This document shows positions 28,651 through 42,272 of a DNA stretch of 64,000 bases, in pieces. The translations under genes were made by a program, and so were the position numbers. Each line of letters starts with the position of its first letter. Within the stretch, counting starts at the first letter, position 1. This DNA is from Eledone cirrhosa (Eukaryota): contig OZ024755.1 of assembly GCA_964016885.1 (NCBI GenBank), positions 30,566,001 through 30,630,000 of the forward strand, in the 5' to 3' direction. The notes beneath the pieces were generated by a model. The model had not been told where the DNA came from, ran no database searches, and worked only from the letters and a program-made list of their open reading frames with translations.

Positions 28651-28909
28651 CATTATATTAATAAATGGAAACTATATTTATAAAACCATAATTATTTTAT
28701 TATATATATTTCAAGGGAAACCAAGGCAAATTTTGGTGCGCTTTCATCAGATAAAATATAAAATTTGTTTTATAAATGTTGACATACCCGCAGAAGAACA
28801 ACCTTGACGGTTGGAGGTTCGCTGGATAGTCATTGCCTTGGATGTCCTTGAAATATATATAATAAAATAATTATGGTTTTATAAATATAGTTTCCATTTA
28901 TTAATATAA

Positions 28910-28912
<3 letters not shown>
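28651..28912. repeat. Inverted repeat (about 65-bp arms, about 130-bp spacer); related single arm at 9511-9575
   Basis: AATAAATGGAAACTATATTTATAAAACCATA..TTCAAGG and its reverse complement. Confidence 0.75.
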
Positions 28913-28940
<28 letters not shown>

Positions 28941-28992
28941 TTTCTGAATTTGTTTAGCAAGATTCTTTATCTGAAAACGTGTGTTGAAACCG

Positions 28993-29345
28993 ATATTGTT
29001 ATACTTTGGGAGGGTCATGTTGCCAATAAGAAACACACGCACCAGTTGCTTTCACTTCAATTTATTATAATAAATTTATAAATTTAGGAATTTATAAATT
29101 TCCGGTTGGTTGGTTGATTGATTCCACAACCAGATGATTGTTTGAACACACATAAAAACAAGATGGCGTAGGACAGAACCAAATATAAAGAACTTTGACA
29201 ATATATAAACAATCATCTGGTGGTGGAACCAACCAACCAACCGGAAATTTATAAATTCCTAAATTTATAAATTTATTATAGTAAATTGAAGTGAAAGCAA
29301 CTGGTGCGTGTGTTTCTTATTGGCAACATGACCCTCCCAAAGTAT

Positions 29346-29353
<8 letters not shown>
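28993..29353. repeat. Family E inverted repeat (about 150-bp arms, about 60-bp spacer) between TA tracts
   Basis: ATATTGTTATACTTTGGGAGGGTCATG.. / ..CATGACCCTCCCAAAGTATAACAATAT; same family as 32901-33105. Confidence 0.85.
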
Positions 29354-29402
<49 letters not shown>

Positions 29403-29507
29403 TACTTGGGGAGGGTCATATTGTTGTAATAATATTGCCAGAAATAATAACAGAACACACTGTTTGGTTGGTTTTCGCTTCTGTATCTTTTATATCTCCA
29501 TTGTTAC

Positions 29508-29560
<53 letters not shown>

Positions 29561-31770
29561 GTATATATATATGTGTGTGTGTATGTGTGTATGTGTATAT
29601 GTGTGTGTGTGTATGTGTGCGTATATATATATATATATATAACGAAGCGGCGTTGTTATCAGATAGTTGTTGTTTTCTGTTGTTTTGAATTATACACTGC
29701 CTTAAGTATAAATAGAAAACGAATGAGTCCTTATCCGAAACGAACAGCTTGTATTCTTCTTTAATTAGAAATTTGGTTGAATTCCAAGTCTGCTAGGGAC
29801 AGCCTATAGTCAGTCGATTTGACTTCATCCGAGTTTAAACTGAAAACCTGGAGAGAAGAAACTAGATATTTTAAAGCGGGCAGTATGCCGTCTACTTTCA
29901 CTTGGAAATAAATATATATATATATATAGTAATAAAATAAATTTGAAAACTAAAATCCAAAGAGCGCTCGATAAGGATAAATATATATCAAATATATAAG
30001 AACCGTAGAGCAAACTGTTATTTTAATATATATATATATATAAATTAATAAAAACAATGAAATAAAAACAAAGAACAAGTTCCTTATATTAAAAAATTCA
30101 TCATTTTACGATCGTTTCTAGAATGTATATGTGTGTTGGTATGTATATCATATAGATCTATGTAAAAATATTACAAATTACCAGAGGAAATATTCATACC
30201 TTCACATATACATGCTGTCTTCAGAAATGATCTTTCTGTCTTCAGAAACAATCTTTTAATCTTGAGAGATTTTAAGCAAGGTTGAAGACACTACGACTCT
30301 ATTTCGAATCTTTACACGGATCGTATACTTCAGTAACTATTTCACCTCAGCCACATCTTTAAAATATTATAACTGTAACGTCAAATGCTACCTTGGGCGT
30401 TCGACTTAAGATCAAATTCCAAAATCTGAAGTCCTGCAGACACCCAAAGAAAACCATGGTTACAGTTTTAAATATCACTGTACTAGTGCCAAACTATTAA
30501 TATTTGTTTGTTTCGTCTCCGCAAAGACTAATGGCATTGGTCCATTCATTAACTAGTCTCTGGCTAAAAGTCCTGGCTTCATTTATTGCCGCCAACCAGT
30601 AGAGACAGACGTCGGCTACTTTAATTGACTGTCCAATGCTTTCAGGAACTGGCTATAGTATTGGCTAGCAAAAATCTATACTTAGACGCCATGATAAATT
30701 TTCATATATTAAATGTCTACATAGTCGATTAAATTGATTCAATATATTACGGTTTCTATTTCACTGATCTTGTGTGGTAATGAATAATGAAAGTTTCGTG
30801 TGACGATTAATTTCATAACATAGCAAGGCGGGTTTAAAATATTGTTAAACTTTGAATATGCCTTTTACTGTCTCAGTCGTATCCATCATCTCAAACATAA
30901 AAAGCTGTAGAATCATCATTACTATCCCGACAGGCCAAACGAAGAATTGAATCTAAATTTAAAGGTAAAGGCAGGGACTGTAATCAATGAAAGTCGTAGA
31001 ATACAAGTAATGGCTTTTAAGCAAAGCTTATGTTGTCATATTAAGATACATTTATATCTAAAAAATTTTTTAAGAGTCTAATATCATTTTAGATTGATTC
31101 AAAGTGTTTTGGCTACATATATAGATATGCCTGCATTAGTATCGTTATAAGATTCTTTTTTGCTGCCGCCCGTTTATGCTTGCACTACACATAATTACCT
31201 CGATTTTTTGTGAGTTTATATTTTGTCAGCCTTTCACTTTTATATATCCTAGACGTATCCATAACATATAGTAGATTTTCCTTTTGCCTTTCATGGCTGC
31301 ATCTGTTTTTATTTCAACTGTATTCGGTGTCTTGCCAACATTTGTGGTCATTATAATAGCAATGCGGGACGGTGCACTATATTATCTAATAACGGCCATT
31401 TTTGTTCATTTTGTCCACTACTAATTACCTAATTTCAATTCATTGCATTAAGAACATAGCTTATTCTTGCTATAGTTGTTATACTGATATCCTGTTGTTT
31501 GTTTCCCGTTTTAATTCTTTCTCGGCTATACATATATTCCGTCTGCAATGGGTCTTTGCATTCAGTTTTCATAAATAGACTGTCTAAGTGGTTAATCCTG
31601 TCCATTTTGCGTACTCTAAAGTGCATAAGTGCCATTTCCTGGTGTATTTCGCAATTGTCTATTTCTTAATTAACTTTTAGTTACAATGTTCTCAAAATGT
31701 TTCCCATCTATTGAGGTTTAACCCTCAATTATATCCTCATATCGCTTCTATTGTCCAGCATAGAATCATT

Positions 31771-32283
31771 ATTGGCAGTATCGGTAGAGGGTCGGACGCC
31801 ATGCTTTCCAGCATAGTTACGTCCCTTTACGATCTGAGTTCAAATCCCGCCGAGGTTGACTTTGCCTTTCATCCTTACGGGGTCGATAAAATAAAGTACC
31901 AGTAATGCACTGGGTAATTGCTGGGCTTGTGCCTAAAAGTAGAAACAATTATTTAATCACATTTGCTTTGCAGCAAAGAGTTACGGCCCTTTATGGTCTA
32001 AGTTCAAATCCCGCCGAGGTTAACTTTGCCTTTCATCCTTACGGGGTCGATAAAATAAAGTACCAGTAATGCACTGGGTAATTGCTGGGCTTGTGCCTAA
32101 AAGTAGAAACAATTATTTAATCACATTTGCTTTGCAGCAAAGAGTTACGGCCCTTTATGGTCTGAGTTCAAATCCCGCCGAGGTTAACTTTGCCTTTCAT
32201 CCTTACGGGGTCGATAAAATAAAGTACCAGTAATACACTGGGATAATTGCTGGCCTTGTGCCAAAAGTAGAAACAATTATTTA
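31771..32283 (+). mobile_element. SINE family 1, three tandem copies
   Basis: Copies 2 and 3 share the same 5' truncation and the spacer TTTAATCACATTTG. Confidence 0.88.
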
Positions 32284-32846
32284 ATCACGGTATTTAATAT
32301 ACATTTATAAATAGTTTGTCAACACATTATAAATTACAGACACATTAAAACATATTTATCCTAATTACTTCATACACGTCATCAGTATATTTACATTTTA
32401 ATTGATTTTAATCCTTACAGAATTCTTTCGTGAGAAGTAAATAGAGTCATTTAGCTAAAGATACAGTAATATTTTCCATAAGTCCTTAAAACCAGGCTGG
32501 CTAACGTTTCCTGCATAATATTCCACGAGATTTCTGTTTGTTATTTACGTTTTAAATATAATTCATCTGTTCTATTGCTTTTTAAAAATTCACTCTTCAT
32601 CTATTTTTTGTATCTTTTATTTTTACTGGCTTCATTTAAGACTACAGATATTGATAGAAGCGATTCAATCGTTTATATCAACCCTACTATATTTTCAGAT
32701 ACTGCTTTTACCGACGGCTTAAAAACAAAAGGCAAAAATATACTCAGCATAAAGGGATATGACCGTGACAGATATAGATCGAAGATATTTTCGTTCGAGG
32801 TTCCAGTTTTTCCATTTCACGCTCATAGACTCACACGCACCTATGG

Positions 32847-32900
<54 letters not shown>

Positions 32901-32908
<8 letters not shown>

Positions 32909-33105
32909 ATACTTTGGGAGGGTCATGTTGCCAATAAGAAACACACGCACCAGTTGCTTTCACTTCAATTTATTATAATAAATTGAAGTGAAAGCAACTG
33001 GTGCGTGTGTTTCTTATTGGCAACATGACCCTCCCAAAGTATAACAATATCGGTTTCAACACACGTTTTCAGATAAAGAATCTTGCTAAACAAATTCAGA
33101 AACGA
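32901..33105. repeat. Family E perfect palindrome (75-bp arms) plus unpaired extension
   Basis: Centre TTTATTATAATAAA at about 32975; extension 33051-33105 is the reverse complement of 28938-28992. Confidence 0.85.
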
Positions 33106-33556
33106 TATATATATATATAATATATATATAAGCAAATACTATAACATTAATAAGATAATATAAAGAATAAAGAATTATGTGCTCGTATGCAGAGATGCTA
33201 TAAAATAGCTTATAAAGCCTTAAAAGACGAAAAAAGGTGCCATCGGCCAGGTGCCAGCTATCTTGGAGGTATGAGGTTCAATTACACATAGGGACCGATA
33301 TCAACATCTTTTTCCCATTTTTAAGGATATTCGCCCTCTTTTATAAGCTATTTTGTTGTTTATCAATCTTTATAATTTTATATTCTCAACACTTCGTAAA
33401 GATCAAAGAGACCGGCTACATACCTTATTTGGTTAATAAGATAATATTGATGATATATAGAGAGAAGGGTAGGTATTCAGATGGAGTGAGAGAAAGCGGC
33501 AAAGACAAATAGGTAGGCAAAAGATCAAATTTATAGACAGAGCGATATGTAGCTAC

Positions 33557-33605
<49 letters not shown>

Positions 33606-33770
33606 TTTCGTTGCTTCGGTGTTGTGGCTAGGCTTGCCTGCAGCAGTTTTCCATTTGTCCTGTTATCTAATGTATGTTATTACTCTGATATCCAACCGCA
33701 TAGAGTGCTTGGCTGTATATTCCTAATTATATGTCGTTAGCCGAAACTTCGATTTTACTAAACTTCCATT

Positions 33771-33813
<43 letters not shown>

Positions 33814-33915
33814 TCAGGTTATCAATAATGTAGTGATAATATATCGTCACGTTAGAGATGAACAGCGTACGAGTAGGTTTGCTCAACGAGTATAAATTAT
33901 ATTCCGGAGAAAATG

Positions 33916-34041
33916 TAGAAAAGATGAATATAAAATGAAAGTGCTTTTTTAAAAAGGAATTTATTAGGTATTGAAACATATGTCAATACCTAATAAATTC
34001 CTTTTTAAAAAAGCACTTTCATTTTATATTCATCTTTTCTA
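33916..34041. repeat. Palindrome centred on an HHR stem III
   Basis: Arms meet at GAAAC-ATAT-GTC-AATAC-ctAATAAA (33973-33997); ends in TA tract. Confidence 0.8.
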
Positions 34042-34796
34042 TATATATATATAGAGAGAGAGAGACAGAGAGATACAGAGAGAGACAGAGAGGGATTAGC
34101 CACTTCTTTTTATCCCTTCTTTCCTCTCTTCCCTGCTGGATTTAAAACAGAAGATTTGATTATAATATAAGAAACGGACAAACTACACGGACGAAAGAGA
34201 AGAATCTAGAAACAACTTTATGTATAAAAGTTTAGAAAAATACAAAATAAATTAAATTAGAAATTATATTTAGCTGATTAAACATGACATGTTGGGTTAC
34301 TTGAGAAAGAAACAATGAAATAATTTTTTCCATTCTCACACGCTCGCTTCCATCTACTAGGAAACACTTGATACAAAGAAGCTCTCTTGTTTTAAAAGGT
34401 AAAAACTGTCTACGAAAGATGCATTTCAACCTCTTTTCCCACATCTGAAACTTTACAGGCTATTCTTTATGAGAAAGCGTTTTTTTTTCTTACATAATAA
34501 AAAAAAAACAGCACTTTCTGGTTTAAAACCTTTCTCAGACAATGCAAATTGACATTTTATATGTTGTGTGTTAAGAATCTGCTGTAGACACTCTGTTGTT
34601 TTATGGAATTAATCTGAAAAATGTTTTCTTGGACTTTACCGTGGAATGCTATTTATAACAGTAAAGGTGTCTATGTTTATTATCATTAGACTTGTATAAA
34701 CGATACCGAATTGTCCACTTGGCGTACAGGCTCTTGGAAGAAACTAATTTGTCATTCATCATAGTAAAAGACTTATAGATACTACTTCAATATTGA

Positions 34797-34910
<114 letters not shown>

Positions 34911-35174
34911 GGAGAGAGACACAGAGAGAGAGAGACACAGAGAGAGAGAGAGAGAAACGATTATTAGGAAGATAAATATATTTTTTCCCGTTATTTTTTT
35001 ATTTTTCGGGGTTAGAAAATGTTTAAAACAAATTATTTTACTTTCTGTGAAGTGTCAAAGTATTAATTTATTTATTTATTAATTAACAATAACATTAATT
35101 TATATATTTATTTATTTATTTATTTAATAATTAACAATAACATTAATTTATTTATTTATTTATTTAATAATTAA

Positions 35175-35212
35175 CAATTACCGGTTTCAGCATTTTATGC
35201 ATTTTCAAATTA
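35175..35212 (-). ncRNA. Minimal hammerhead variant (TTGAAAA core)
   Basis: Minus strand TAAT-TTGAAAA-T-GCAT-aaa-ATGC-T-GAAAC-CG-GTA-ATTG followed by AATAAA-rich sequence. Confidence 0.65.
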
Positions 35213-35818
35213 TGTGAATGGGAGAGAAAAAAAAAGGAATTTGTGTTTGTACAAAATGTAGAACAGAAATTAATGTGATGTTAAACATGTTAGATGAAGT
35301 TATGGAGGTAATTGGAAAGAGGAAATATTATTATTTACAAACATGTTTTTTTAAGACAAGTAGTGCAAACATTGCTTTTAGGCGGGATTGCTTAAAAACG
35401 TTCCTTCTTTGAGGAGGGAATTGACCGTCCGGGACTGGATGTATTTTCTCTATTTAGAGAATTAATATGCAGGAGGAGGTAATTCAGGGTGGCAGGGTAG
35501 GAGAAAGATAGGAGAGAGGGTAATTTTTTTATTTAAGAAAAAGGAATAGGCAGGGTGTTAGGGAGGTAACTCCTTAGAGGACACAGAAATTTGAGATATG
35601 GGTAGCGTAGAAATAGAAGTAAAATAGTCTCTTATGGGTGACTCTGGGGTTCACAGTTCATTCTATATATCATATATATATAAATGAAAAGTATAGAAAT
35701 TATTGTAGCAAGAAGCCAACAGTATTCCATAATATATAAGTGACTATAGCGTCAAAATGGAAAAATAGTTAACGTAAGATGTGGGAAAATAATTCAAACT
35801 CAAAGGAAAAGAGTCAGG

Positions 35819-35913
35819 ACCCGGCGGCTGAGCTCCGGCCGTTTCGGCAGCTAGATCCTAACTAACCCACCAGTATTAGAACCGCAGGAATCTAGCTGAA
35901 CTTATCAAGGGGT
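35819..35913 (-). ncRNA. Complete family-A hammerhead (TTGATAA core; triplet mutated to GCC in this copy)
   Basis: Minus strand ACCCC-TTGATAA-GTT-CAGCTAGAT..ATCTAGCTG-CC-GAAAC-GGC-cggagctca-GCC-GCC-GGGT; most other family-A copies read GCC-GTC-GGGGT here. Confidence 0.7.
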
Positions 35914-36216
35914 ACAGTCCATATATGGGCATGCAGTCAAAGCAAAAAAAGTAAAAACATCTAAGCAAAAAACCATAAAAGTTTATTTTTTCTTGCCTGT
36001 CATAGGGAGTGGTCAATGACTCTTTCCTATTACCGTAAGTATTGAGTACTCTAGTGCGTTATGGTCTATCTGGTATCTTACCACACCCTATGCGAAGAAA
36101 TACCTATGATGACTAGTAGATCACTGATGATGGATAGTCCCGGCTTCTCTTTCTAATTTTTACTTCATATGTATCACATTTGCAACAACACAGCGCGCCA
36201 TTTTTCATTCCTCTAA

Positions 36217-36270
<54 letters not shown>

Positions 36271-36455
36271 GTGTGGCTGAGTGGTTAGAGAATTGAATTC
36301 GCAATTTTGAGGTTGTGAGTTCGATTCCTGGACCGGGCGAGGCGTTATATCCTTGAGCAAGACACTTTATTTCACGTTGCTCCTACTAGCAACTGGAAAG
36401 ACCGACGAAAACATTGTTTCCTCGGTCCTATTCGACGAAAGTCGATCGATCCTTT

Positions 36456-36487
<32 letters not shown>

Positions 36488-36491
<4 letters not shown>

Positions 36492-36675
36492 GTGGGTCGG
36501 TTGAAACGTCCATAGACTGACTATGAAGGAGTGATGCTCGAGCTGCGAAATCTTGCATGCATTAATTTCAACTTTTCATCGGTTCTTTCCAGGGACTATG
36601 GTCAAAATAAACCTCATTTGGTCATCCCATGAGAGTATCTTGGTCAGCTTTTGTACTTTTCACTCGACCCGTGTA
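36488..36675. mobile_element. Mariner-type MITE related to 10512-10799
   Basis: Imperfect TIRs CACG(T)GGGTCG..GAAA / TTTCACTCGACCCGTG, TA flanks, shared TTTGGTCAT..CATGAGAGTATCTTGGT block. Confidence 0.65.
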
Positions 36676-37786
36676 TATATTAGACAGGGTTGCTTGCATT
36701 ATATTCACATATGATAAAGTGTATTTTACATCGGACCCAACCTTGGGAGTGGTTCACATAGTTATTGATCAGTTCAAACATTGTTCTAACTTATAGAAAG
36801 TCTGTCCTAGAATATTTAAATAGGATGATTTACTTCCATTGTGAATATCAATCATTATTGTTCATATTGGCTAATATTTGTGGACATATTACATTTTAAA
36901 TTGATATCCCGTGAGGATATCATATTATTTTAATAGACTTCAGGCCTTAGTCTATTCTGGCAAAAGGTCAAGATAGGTTAAGTTCACCAATTCGGTAGCT
37001 GCAGCATGTGGCCAATGTCTTATTAAGAATGACTGTAGACGTTAACAGTTTAGTTCCTAACTAAATGAATGATTGGGGCAAGAAGTGTTATTGGAATCCG
37101 TTCAAATCTTTCCTTATTTCTATTCAAACATAATTTTGCTCGTAGCAAAGAAACAGATTATTCCAAGTTGAGGCAGGTGTGGTGGTAAGAAACACAATTT
37201 AAATTCCTGGCGCCAAAGGAAAGCCTCTCACCAAACGCTTAATTCACCTAGATTTAGAAATACTTTTCCTTGTCTAGTTTGCTTTGACTAGACAACTGAT
37301 TCGAATATTTATATTACTGTTTTAAGATATTTGTTTCTACTTGTTTCCCATTTGTAAGTCGTACATCTTCCCGTTTATCTGATATAATTCGAAATATCTG
37401 CGGCTACTGCCATCAAATTCACTGATTAAAAGATCCGGTTTATAGCCTTCATTAATGTAAATTTTCAATTTAATTTCAAGAAAAACAAAAACTATAACAA
37501 TATCAAGTTATCAATAAATAATGCAAAAGGAAATTAAAAATTTAAAAAATGTAATAGATACACATAATCTCGTTATCCAATTGCACGTAATGTCTTAATG
37601 TTTGGTATTTGAGATAATACATGAACGGATGCTAAATATTTACATAGCTAGTATTCAAGTTGTCAGTCGTTAGTGAAAACACAAGTCATGATAATTTCAT
37701 GACTATATCAAAGAACGATTACCTTCATCGCCATTCCATACTGTTTGGATTCAACGTAGTCGAATATATATATATATATATATATA

Positions 37787-38081
37787 ATAGTAATATTAAT
37801 AAATTTGAAGACTAAAATCCAAAGAGGGCTCGATAAGGATAAATATATATCAAATATATAAGAACCGTAGAGCAAATATTTATTAAAATAACAGATTAAA
37901 GTTTAAACAAAGAATCGCTGCTTTCACCCTTAACGGGATCTTCTGAAACTAACAAAGTCAATCGTTTTTTTGAAATATTCACTTCTACGTTCACAGATTG
38001 ACTTTGTTAGTTTCAGAAGATCCCGTTAAGGGTGAAAGCAGCGATTCTTTGCTTAAACTTTAATCTGTTATTTTAATAAAT
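37787..38081 (-). mobile_element. Family B fold-back element in (TA)n
   Basis: Long arm plus inverted short arm containing CAGAAGATCCCGTTAAGGGTGAAAGCAGCG; other copies at 2768-2852, 15772-15931, 26371-26600, 29927-30028, 41520-41600, 62271-62495. Confidence 0.75.
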
Positions 38082-38134
38082 ATATATATATATATATTAT
38101 AAAGAGTCGGAACCGACAAACTGGATTCGTCCCG

Positions 38135-38170
<36 letters not shown>

Positions 38171-38400
38171 AATCTCATCACTAGAATAACCATCGAAACA
38201 GCTAGATGCTGTCAAAGACACCGATTGGCAAAAAATAACTGAGAAGACAATGACCAGTGGTCAACAGAGAGACAATCCACAAGGTGGCTGACAAGCAGAT
38301 GAAGTATAGAAAAGATTGAATAAGAGAAGGACAAGAAGAAGTGTGTTGGCGCACAGAAGTGACTGGAAAGGAAATAAAGAAAGGCGATGTACAAGACATG

Positions 38401-38443
<43 letters not shown>

Positions 38444-38884
38444 CTTCGCCCTCATCAGTAAAATGGTTTTGCACAATCTAATTAAGAGCACCATTTTAAA
38501 ATGCTGGATCGTGCAACAGAAAAGTAAATCTTTCTGCTGTTATAATTTGTGTGTGATAACATAAACAGCACAGCTAGAAGGACGAAAGCAAACAAAGGAA
38601 AGGAAAACAATGGGATAGTGGGCCTCAAGCTGTGGTGTCTGCCCTAAAGATAAAGCTGATCATAGCTATGATAAAGCTCAAAGAAAAAAACATTGTCGTC
38701 TCTGGTCGAGACGAAGCAAGAGTGTATTTGAATACGGAGGGGAACATTCTAGGGGCAAAGCCCATGGTCATTCGTCACCGAAGAGGGTCTTTAGCCTTTG
38801 CCCTTTATATAAATGTCTGTGTGTGTGTGTGTAACCGTATAATTTTCTCGGGTGCGGGAATAATTAGGATCAAAGTGGACTGTA

Positions 38885-39128
38885 ATAATTGTTTCTACGT
38901 TAGGCACAAGGCCAGCAATTACTCAGTGCATTACTGGTACTTTATTTTATCGACCCCGTAAGGATGAAAGGCAAAGTTAACCTCGGCACTGTAATAATAT
39001 TCTTTATTATTACTTTCAAATCCCGCCGAGGTTAACTTTGCCTTTCATCCTTACGGGGTCGATAAAATAAAGTACCAGTAATACACTGGCTAATTGCTGG
39101 CCCTGTACCTAAAGTAGAAACAATTATT
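38885..39128. mobile_element. SINE family 1 inverted pair of 5'-truncated copies
   Basis: Minus 38885-38988, plus 39016-39128. Confidence 0.85.
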
Positions 39129-39171
39129 ACTGTGAAAAATCCTGTTACTTTGGATTTTCAGGCGTGACTGA

Positions 39172-39276
39172 CTGAAGAGCATGTGAACTGTGTGAAACTC
39201 GTCCAACCCACCGTCCCCTCAATCTATCTTATTTTTCATTCTTTCTCCTGATGAAGGACTAGCGTCCGAAACGTTA
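39172..39276 (+). ncRNA. Two tandem minimal hammerhead cores
   Basis: CTGAAGA-GCATG-tgaac-TGTGT-GAAAC-TC-GTC (39172-39203) and CTGATGA-A-GGAC-tagc-GTCC-GAAAC-GTTA (39248-39276); stem I pairing weak in both. Confidence 0.62.
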
Positions 39277-39383
39277 ACACCTTCTTCCTGCTATTTCAAG
39301 CGTTAACCTAATATATTTCTTCCATATACTGTACCGATTGTGTTATTTCTGTTTACCTTTTATTTTTATATATATATATATAT

Positions 39384-39515
39384 GGAATTAGCCGTCGAAA
39401 CGGCTTGAGCTCAGCTGTCGGGGTCTTACTGGTTCCTATTACCCACTCTACTACCCCAAGTATTGAGTACTTTGGTGCGTTATGGTCCACCTGGTTCCTT
39501 ACCACATTTCCTTCG

Positions 39516-39518
<3 letters not shown>
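39384..39518 (+). mobile_element. Family A single arm in (TA)n
   Basis: Nearly identical to 28362-28496; starts inside the stem II 3' strand; isolated short-arm stub at 39922-39944. Confidence 0.72.
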
Positions 39519-39551
<33 letters not shown>

Positions 39552-39860
39552 AAACAAATCTATATACATATATATATATATAAGCGCATAGTTTTCTTAT
39601 GTCTCACAATTCGCTCTTTTCTCTCTCTCTCTCTCTCTATTTCTTACTTTCTCAGTCTTTCTCTGCTAATATAGTTGCGTGTCTCGTTCTTATTACAAAA
39701 TACAGACGTATCATAAACACGACTACTGACGTATATTCACACGGACATACATACCTATGAAACCATATGCCTCGCCTCACTCTCTCTCTCTCTATCTATC
39801 TATCTCTCTTTATACACACTCAAACACCCACATATAGATATATATAAATATAGATATATT

Positions 39861-40290
<430 letters not shown>

Positions 40291-40809
40291 GTTGCTGCGC
40301 TCTCACAAAGGCACCACTGTGAAAAGTATCGAACTAATTTGACATTTAACCATTTCCTAACAACATCTGTTGTTTTCTTTTAACAAAGGGTGGATTTTTT
40401 TTTTTTTTTTTTTTTTGTTATTTGTTGTTTTTTACTCTGTAGAAGAGATGTTCTATTTTTTAGTATCGTCGATTATTGAATCCCGTTTTGTTTTTAACCA
40501 TTTGTCTATCTTATATATTTGTTTATCGTCATTTGAGATATATGTCTATACTTTGTTTATCGTTTCTCTTTCGCAATATGTCACCCGCCTACCTACCTTT
40601 GTCTCACACCACGCTTTCCTCCAACTTCTCTTATGTCTTACACATATATACACTCACTCATCTACCATTCTAATCTTTCCTTCTTTCTTTCTATCACCTT
40701 TAACCTTCTCTTCGCTTTATCTAATTTTGTTTTGTTTTTTTTTTCTTTCTATTTTGCTATCTGTACAACTAGAACCTTTTACATTCCTTCCAGGTTTTTA
40801 GTTAACCAA

Positions 40810-40866
<57 letters not shown>

Positions 40867-41215
40867 GTCCGTTTCGTTTTTTTTTTGTGTGCTTTGTTTC
40901 GACTTGGCAGTTGGAATTGTCCTGAAGCTAAGTTTGATCTTAGCACAGGCATCATTTTGACTTGCTTATTTAAAATAATGTCTGATAACAAGACAGTTGT
41001 TAACATTGCCTAGTTTAAAACTCTCTTCTCTATATTTTTAACACGATATCTTGGCCATCATGTGCTTTAGCAGTATCGATTTTTTTTTTTTTTTTTGCCA
41101 CTTTTCGAACCAGACACTTCAATTTATTTTAATGACCCACAGGTTTTGACCCTCGTCATTACATGCATCATTCTAACACATATCGGTAGTGGGCCCTGTC
41201 CGGCTCGTTCCATTA

Positions 41216-41783
41216 TCTATATATCTAAAACAGAGTGTCTGTCTGTCTGTCTGACTCCCTAAAACTCGAGAACCACCCAACCTTTACACATGTAATACTT
41301 ATGGTCCTGTGAGTCTTTTGAGCAAGAAATATTTCAAATTTTCCATGCCCTAGGGACCGCATTAGACGATTTAGCGATCTCTCTCTATAATTCTTAGTCT
41401 TTCTTTTTAGATAGATAAATAGATATAACATTGCGCACTTATAATATCTGTCTGTATGTCTGGCTGGCTGGCTGGCTGGCTGTCTGCATTACGACATTAT
41501 GACGTCGCTATCTGTGTGATTGATTTTTTTTAGTTTCAGAAGATCCCGTTAAGGGTGAAAGTAGCGCTTCTTTGTTTAAACTTTAATCTGTTATTTTAAT
41601 ATATATATATATATATATATTAATATATATATAATTATATATTCGTGTACAGATATTTTTGCATACACAATAACAAAATATAAACAAACGTATTTATTTC
41701 ACGAGGCTCGATAAGGATAAATATATATCAAATATATAAGAACCCTAGAGCAAATCCCGTGCAATGCCGGGCCATTCTGCTAG
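41216..41783 (+). mobile_element. Non-autonomous Helitron with nested family B pieces
   Basis: A|TC 5' end, (TGTC)n, 3' hairpin CCCGTGCAATGCCGGG and CTAG|T; 5' part also at 6020-6202 (-). Confidence 0.75.
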
Positions 41784-42272
41784 TATTCCATAAAAACATG
41801 TATAACATAATTATGAAAAGACACGCGATTGTTATTGACTTAAGGAAACTGAAATCATGTTCAAGTCTTAGAAAGATAAATAATGTGTTGTGATTGGTAC
41901 ATTTTAATTGCTTTTGTAAAATTAAAAGCAAAGCCATTATACTAATTTGGCTGATATTTCTAACGTATCAGATTGACCACGTAGCAGTTTCATCGATAGC
42001 ATGACCAAAGTCGAGATTAAGTACCCAGGGGGGGAAACTTTGATAACAGGTAATCTCTGGTTTAAATATAAACTGGTAACTCGTCTCGACAGCTAGTTGA
42101 ACTAGGCCTACTGATGGAAAATATTCCTGTCCAGAATTACAACATAATACCATGGTAATTCTCCATGAGCAGCTTGTCAATTACCTTAACTTTTTAGACA
42201 TTTCGCAGCACATTCGTCTCTTGCACTGTCACCAGTAACGATACTGTTACAACACTCAAAAACATCCTAGAC

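Noticed and set aside
31711-31905. Recurrent peptide AEVDFAFHPYGVDKIKYQ
   Set aside because: Translation of the SINE 1 core, not a gene family.
32575-32937. Possible internal exon after TTTTCAG at about 32698
   Set aside because: No convincing donor, no recognisable domain, runs into microsatellite.
34232-34520. Faint C2H2 zinc-finger-like residues on the minus strand
   Set aside because: No intact C-x2-C..H-x3-H in one frame.
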